The notes beneath the pieces are model-generated. The model was given only the letters and a program-made list of their open reading frames with translations. It was not told the DNA's origin and did no database searches. DNA of 64,000 nt from Aulosira sp. ZfuVER01. Its GTDB lineage: Bacteria; Cyanobacteriota; Cyanobacteriia; Cyanobacteriales; Nostocaceae. The stretch lies in the NCBI GenBank assembly GCA_034530615.2, contig JAVRCV020000049.1:192001-256000 (forward strand), given 5' to 3'. How positions within the stretch are numbered: position 1 is the stretch's first letter; each line of letters begins with the position of its first letter. A program made the translations under genes and the position numbers. Shown here piece by piece: positions 59,839 to 64,000 of this stretch.

Positions 59839-61578
59839 TTAATTCAACCGAATTAGCGTACCTTTAACAGTCACATTCATCCCTGCGCTAATATCGATGT
59901 TGCCACTGGGTGCATCTAATGACAAGTCGCCTGTGGATTCTACGGAAATCTTTGCTCTACCCATATCGTCCATTTTAATTTTATGCCCGCCGTTGGTTTC
60001 AATTTCAATACAGCGATCGCTATCGTTGAGATAGATTTTATGTCCGCCTTTGGTTTCGACACGCACCCCTGCTTTACTGCTACCTTTATCTTCTTCGACA
60101 AACTGCAAGGTATGTCCTGTACGGGTTTTCACAGTCCGTAATCGCACTTTCCCCCCTACGACTGTATCATCCACTGCTTCGGGTGGCGCGTCTTTGCCGT
60201 TCCAAACACCGCCCAGTACATAAGGACGATGAATATCACCATGTTCACAACCAACTAACACTTCATCATTGACTTCTGGTAGACAGTCAAACCCCCGTTG
60301 ATTCGCTGCGCCCGAAGCTACAACTCGCGCCCAGTTGCTAGCGTGTTCTTCTGTGAGGGTGGGGAATTTGACTTTCACTCTCCCCAATCCCTTGGGGTCT
60401 TTGTTATCGGTGACAATTCCCACTAGAAAGGTTTGACCAGGCTGGAGGCGGGTTTGTGAAGAGAGAGTGGTGAATAAATTACCAGCCCGTAGCCCCCGGA
60501 TGCTGAACTCTGTAGTATAAATTCGCTGGGTGTAGAAATGGCGAGTTTCGGTCACATAATATTTCCCACTATAGCGATCGCCCATACCTGTAAGTTCAAT
60601 CACTTTCCCCGGTCTAACTTTGGGATTACCTACAGCTTTCGCATCTGCATAGACAAATTCTCCTCCCAATTCATCACACAAAGCCTGAGCCATTTTCTGT
60701 GCTTGTGTAGTGCTATTAATTGGTTGATCGACAACGGTCATTTTCGGCGGCTTTAAGTTGGAGAATTTAGTACTACTACTGCTACCTTTTTTATTACCTG
60801 TGTCAGTTATTACCGTTTCTGCTTTAGCTGTGGAAGCGATCGCTTTTTTCTGAGTATAATCCCAGCCACGTACTTCTACAGCACTCACTTGTTCCGCACT
60901 GGTAACGCGGGTACTAAATTTACTAATATCAACTAGCCATTTTAATTGGATAGATTCCTGACTTTCTGGTTTACGAAAATATATTTTGTCATTCTGAATG
61001 AATAATTCAAAACCAATGCGAGCAGCCCGTTCTCGCAAAAACTCCATATTAGTTTGGTTTTCTTGAAAGACATACTCATGAACTTCACCGCTTGCATCTA
61101 TTTTGCCGACTTTGATTCCTACTTCTGAAGCTATTTGCTCTACGATATCGCTATCAGTTTTATTTAAAAAGGAACGATTATAACGACCTCTGTGCAGACG
61201 ATGAGAAATATCATAGCCACGAATAATCATATGGGCTTCAGATTTTTCATTGAAGTGAACTTCCATTGCTGTAATTTCACCTTCAATTAAGTGGTCTTCT
61301 AACTTTTCATCAAAATCAGCATCTTGGGTAGTACTGGAAACAAAACCCAACTTGACTTTTTTACCAATTTCAAACAGTTTTTCATGCCGCCAAGGTTGGT
61401 ATTCTGCACGGTCAACTGTGGGAATATAGCTATTATGTACTACCAGCGTAAACATAGCTGGTAAATGCAAGCTTTCTTCTACGGTAATTTGTAATAAATC
61501 CTTAATTAGCTCAGGAGAAGCCTCTTGTCCTCCTAATTCTAATTTAGGTTGGCTTAAATAAAGACTTTGGTCGGGCAT
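59839..61578 (-). CDS. VgrG-like spike/hub protein (Cis8-like)
   Basis: VEESLHLPAMF, QENQTNMEFLRERAARIG, YSGKYYVTE.RH, GIVTDNKDPKGLGRVKVKFP, LPEVNDEVLV..EHGD..RPYVLGGVWNG. Confidence 0.92.
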   Translation of the reverse strand: MPDQSLYLSQPKLELGGQEASPELIKDLLQITVEESLHLPAMFTLVVHNSYIPTVDRAEYQPWRHEKLFEIGKKVKLGFVSSTTQDADFDEKLEDHLIEGEITAMEVHFNEKSEAHMIIRGYDISHRLHRGRYNRSFLNKTDSDIVEQIASEVGIKVGKIDASGEVHEYVFQENQTNMEFLRERAARIGFELFIQNDKIYFRKPESQESIQLKWLVDISKFSTRVTSAEQVSAVEVRGWDYTQKKAIASTAKAETVITDTGNKKGSSSSTKFSNLKPPKMTVVDQPINSTTQAQKMAQALCDELGGEFVYADAKAVGNPKVRPGKVIELTGMGDRYSGKYYVTETRHFYTQRIYTTEFSIRGLRAGNLFTTLSSQTRLQPGQTFLVGIVTDNKDPKGLGRVKVKFPTLTEEHASNWARVVASGAANQRGFDCLPEVNDEVLVGCEHGDIHRPYVLGGVWNGKDAPPEAVDDTVVGGKVRLRTVKTRTGHTLQFVEEDKGSSKAGVRVETKGGHKIYLNDSDRCIEIETNGGHKIKMDDMGRAKISVESTGDLSLDAPSGNIDISAGMNVTVKGTLIRLN

Positions 61579-61597
61579 AATAAAATTAATTCGTAAT

Positions 61598-61621
61598 ACT
61601 TCGACTTCGCTCAGTACAAGT
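61598..61621. mobile_element. 24-nt small dispersed repeat inside an AATTCGT STRR
   Basis: aattcgtaat[acttcgacttcgctcagtacaagt]tcgtaattcgtaatt. Confidence 0.65.
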
Positions 61622-61693
61622 TCGTAATTCGTAATTAGGAAAAAAAATCAGGGTAGACATTGCCCATCATTTGTCAGTTTTAATTACAAATTT

Positions 61694-62242
61694 TTAGGTT
61701 TTTCCAAGGCTGGGATGTGGCTGACGATTTTCGCCTGTAGAAGCCGATTGTCTGCCCCCTGGAAGGTTATTTTTATCTACTTCTTGCAAAGCTATATCTA
61801 CCATTGCTCTAACTGGTGTGCCATCAGTCAGAAACATATTTAAATTGTAGGTGAGACTAGTAATTACACAATGAAAATATTCTGTTCCCCAAGTAAATAT
61901 ATAAACAGGTGGGCGCTTGTCTGGGTTACGTTCAATAGTTTCTACGCCTTTCTTGATAATGTCTATATATTTCATTACAGATTGTTTGGTTTCATATGTA
62001 TCAAACAGTAGTTGTTTGAGGGTGAATTTGTAAGGCTCTACCCCAGAAAAATTTACTTTAGGTAATAGAGTTGTTCCTCTATTACCTGGATCACTTTGCC
62101 AACTAACAGTCCGAGAAAAACTGATTTCTGTAGGATTAAACATCAATTCAATATCAGGCGCTTCACTGTTATAAGCTACGAGTTTAGCTTTTACCAGTTG
62201 GGGATTTTTCTTTTGGGGAATTACAATTGTTTGATTCGCCAT
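61694..62242 (-). CDS. CIS tube-initiator protein (Cis7/Afp7-like)
   Basis: FNPTEISFSR..W, LLFDTYE, RPPVYIFTWG, F..DGTPVRA.V.I.LQE; AGGAG precedes ATG at 62242. Confidence 0.85.
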   Translation of the reverse strand: MANQTIVIPQKKNPQLVKAKLVAYNSEAPDIELMFNPTEISFSRTVSWQSDPGNRGTTLLPKVNFSGVEPYKFTLKQLLFDTYETKQSVMKYIDIIKKGVETIERNPDKRPPVYIFTWGTEYFHCVITSLTYNLNMFLTDGTPVRAMVDIALQEVDKNNLPGGRQSASTGENRQPHPSLGKT

Positions 62243-62284
62243 TTGAATATTTCTTCTCCTTTGCGGTTCGTTTTTATTAAACAA

Positions 62285-64000
62285 TTACCAAGGTAAGCGA
62301 CCGAAATAGATACCTTGACGCTCTCGCTCAATTTCTATACGTTGTCGCAATCTGTTATATATTTCATAGGCTAAAGCTTCCAAATTTCCAGATTCATCAG
62401 CTTCGGGAACAGCAGCAGATGGACTTTGTATGGTTTCAGTTATTGGCTGTATATCTCTAGCTATATCAGGTGCGATGACTTCTCCACCATTAGCAAAGCC
62501 TTTCGGAGAAGTTAAGGGTTTAGTAAAAATCTGTGGTGATGCTGATGATTGTAAAACTTGAGAATATTCTGGATTTTGCCAGTTAGATTCTCCACTATTA
62601 AAGTTAAAAGATGTAAATGGATCGTTGTTACCGTTGAGTAATTCTTCCACACTTGACCATTGGGTAGGTGTTTCATAGCCTGCGTTAGTATTGGAACTCG
62701 GTTTGCGGAAAATTAATGTAGGTAATGAGTAATGAGGTGAAGGTTCCGTTTTTGCAGTGGCTTTGTTTTCTACAGTATTGAGTTGCAAAAAACTGGGTGA
62801 AGAAAGTCTATGTTTACTAATTTCTGTTCCCAACGAAGAAGGTATTAGCGAGTTAGATTCCTCCGATGAGTGATTTTCAGAGTTTTGCCGCTGTAATGAA
62901 ATGTCAGCAAAAGAATCGACTTTAGTCGGAGTCTCTGGAGTCGGTATTTCTAAACTCGGAAGAATAATATCCTCTGGTGTACCGCCAGTATTGATATGCC
63001 GAAGTATGGGAAGATTTTTTTGAGCATCATTAGCATTAACTACAAACTCCCCAGGTGTGAGCATTGCAGGTATAGTATCCGAAGAGGCTATCTGTGGATT
63101 TTCGACTGAGGACTGTGTTACTTGTCCGCCTGTTGCAAAACCTTGGGGTGCGGGTAAATTGTTTAAGACTGTATTTTGTTCAACTTCTTTGGGAGTCTGG
63201 TCAATAAAGTTTGTCACCGCAGATGGTAAATTTGCTTCTACAGGTTGTTCGTGAGTAGCGACTTCCGGGAAAATACTTGATGCTGTTGTAAAATTTGGTG
63301 GGGTAACAAATGAAAGTGCGATCGCACTCTCATCTAGTTGAGTAACTTCTTTAGTTTCAGCTAATATAGGCGGCTTTACAACAGTCGGAATATCTGTGTT
63401 TGCTTGGCTATCATCTGGTGAGAAAACCATACTTTCCGACGCATCCCCCAAATTAACCGATTCCGCAGACTGTAATTCTGAAGGAACTATCAGGTTATCT
63501 GTAATTACAGGTGAGGTTGGCGCTAGCTGAACGGGTACATTGTTGGTGCTTTCAGTTTGTTGGGGAGTTAGATTTGCTGACGCATCCACAAAATTCACCG
63601 ATTCATCAGACTGTGTTTCTGAAGAAACTATTAGTTTATCTGCAATTACAGGTGAGGTTGGCGCTAACTCAACAGGTACGTTACTGGTGCTGTCAGTTTG
63701 TCGGGAAGTCAGATTTGCTGACACATCTACAAAATTAACTGATTCCGCAGACTGTAATTCTATCGGGTTATCTGCAATTACAGATGAAGTTGGCGCTAAC
63801 TCAACAGGGATATTGCTGGTACTGTCAGTTTGTTGGGAAGCCAGATTTGCTGACGCTTCCACAAAATTCACTGATTCCGCAGACTCTAATTCTATCGGGT
63901 TATTTGCAATTACAGGTGGAGTTGGTGCTAGCTGAATGGGTACATTGCTGATAATCTCAGGTGTGGTTAGAGTTGGAATATCTTCTACGTCTAAAGCATT
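62285..64000 (-). CDS. Acidic low-complexity CIS-locus protein with tape-measure-type motif, 5'-partial
   Basis: Frame open to 64000. Contains 44-47-aa repeats, GFATGG.V...DTIPAMLTPGEFVVNA and C-terminal LEALAYEIYNRLRQRIEIERERQG. Confidence 0.75.
   Translation of the reverse strand, partial: NALDVEDIPTLTTPEIISNVPIQLAPTPPVIANNPIELESAESVNFVEASANLASQQTDSTSNIPVELAPTSSVIADNPIELQSAESVNFVDVSANLTSRQTDSTSNVPVELAPTSPVIADKLIVSSETQSDESVNFVDASANLTPQQTESTNNVPVQLAPTSPVITDNLIVPSELQSAESVNLGDASESMVFSPDDSQANTDIPTVVKPPILAETKEVTQLDESAIALSFVTPPNFTTASSIFPEVATHEQPVEANLPSAVTNFIDQTPKEVEQNTVLNNLPAPQGFATGGQVTQSSVENPQIASSDTIPAMLTPGEFVVNANDAQKNLPILRHINTGGTPEDIILPSLEIPTPETPTKVDSFADISLQRQNSENHSSEESNSLIPSSLGTEISKHRLSSPSFLQLNTVENKATAKTEPSPHYSLPTLIFRKPSSNTNAGYETPTQWSSVEELLNGNNDPFTSFNFNSGESNWQNPEYSQVLQSSASPQIFTKPLTSPKGFANGGEVIAPDIARDIQPITETIQSPSAAVPEADESGNLEALAYEIYNRLRQRIEIERERQGIYFGRLPW
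63430..63950 (-). repeat. Coding tandem repeat, about 4 x 132-141 bp
   Basis: Unit (S/N)NVPV(E/Q)LAPTSPVIADN..ELQSAESVNFVDASANL..QQTDST. Confidence 0.85.

Noticed and set aside
53757..64000. Prophage or T6SS
   Set aside because: No capsid, portal, terminase, integrase or TssJLM/TssK/ClpV genes are seen; the gene set fits an eCIS-type locus. The upstream part is outside the window.
1..64000. Very frequent GCGATCGC
   Set aside because: This is HIP1, a well-known cyanobacterial feature; used only as a taxonomic clue.

Overview
Chromosomal window of a filamentous, probably heterocyst-forming cyanobacterium (Nostocales). This rests on the dense HIP1 octamers (GCGATCGC), heptameric STRR repeats and cyanobacterial genes such as ycf66, spp and urtABCDE with an NtcA site. 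Housekeeping and metabolic genes include tamB (5'-partial), gnd, ileS, pip, spp, ruvA, bioF, actP and urtABCDE, plus glycosyltransferases, oxidoreductases and a multi-GAF two-component pair. Three things stand out. (1) A co-oriented module at 14.6-21.2 kb: an RcaD-like winged-helix protein, a P-loop ATPase, a DEDDy-exonuclease/Cas4-RecB-like nuclease/FtsK triple fusion, then ParA; it is a candidate DNA-defence or DNA-processing system. (2) The baseplate/spike half of a contractile injection system at 53.8-64 kb, with Streptomyces-like gene order, a fibre-anchor-DUF4159 fusion and an Ala-inserted PAAR. (3) A GxxExxY nuclease gene bracketed by twin 9-nt-periodic hairpins and inserted antisense inside the urt operon. 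Many very small mobile elements are also visible: a MITE with a 12-bp target duplication, HIP1-targeted inserts, an in-frame hairpin insertion in ileS, REP doublets and a duplicated bioF 3' end. No rRNA, tRNA or CRISPR array was recognised. All family assignments come from motif recognition by eye, not from database searches.
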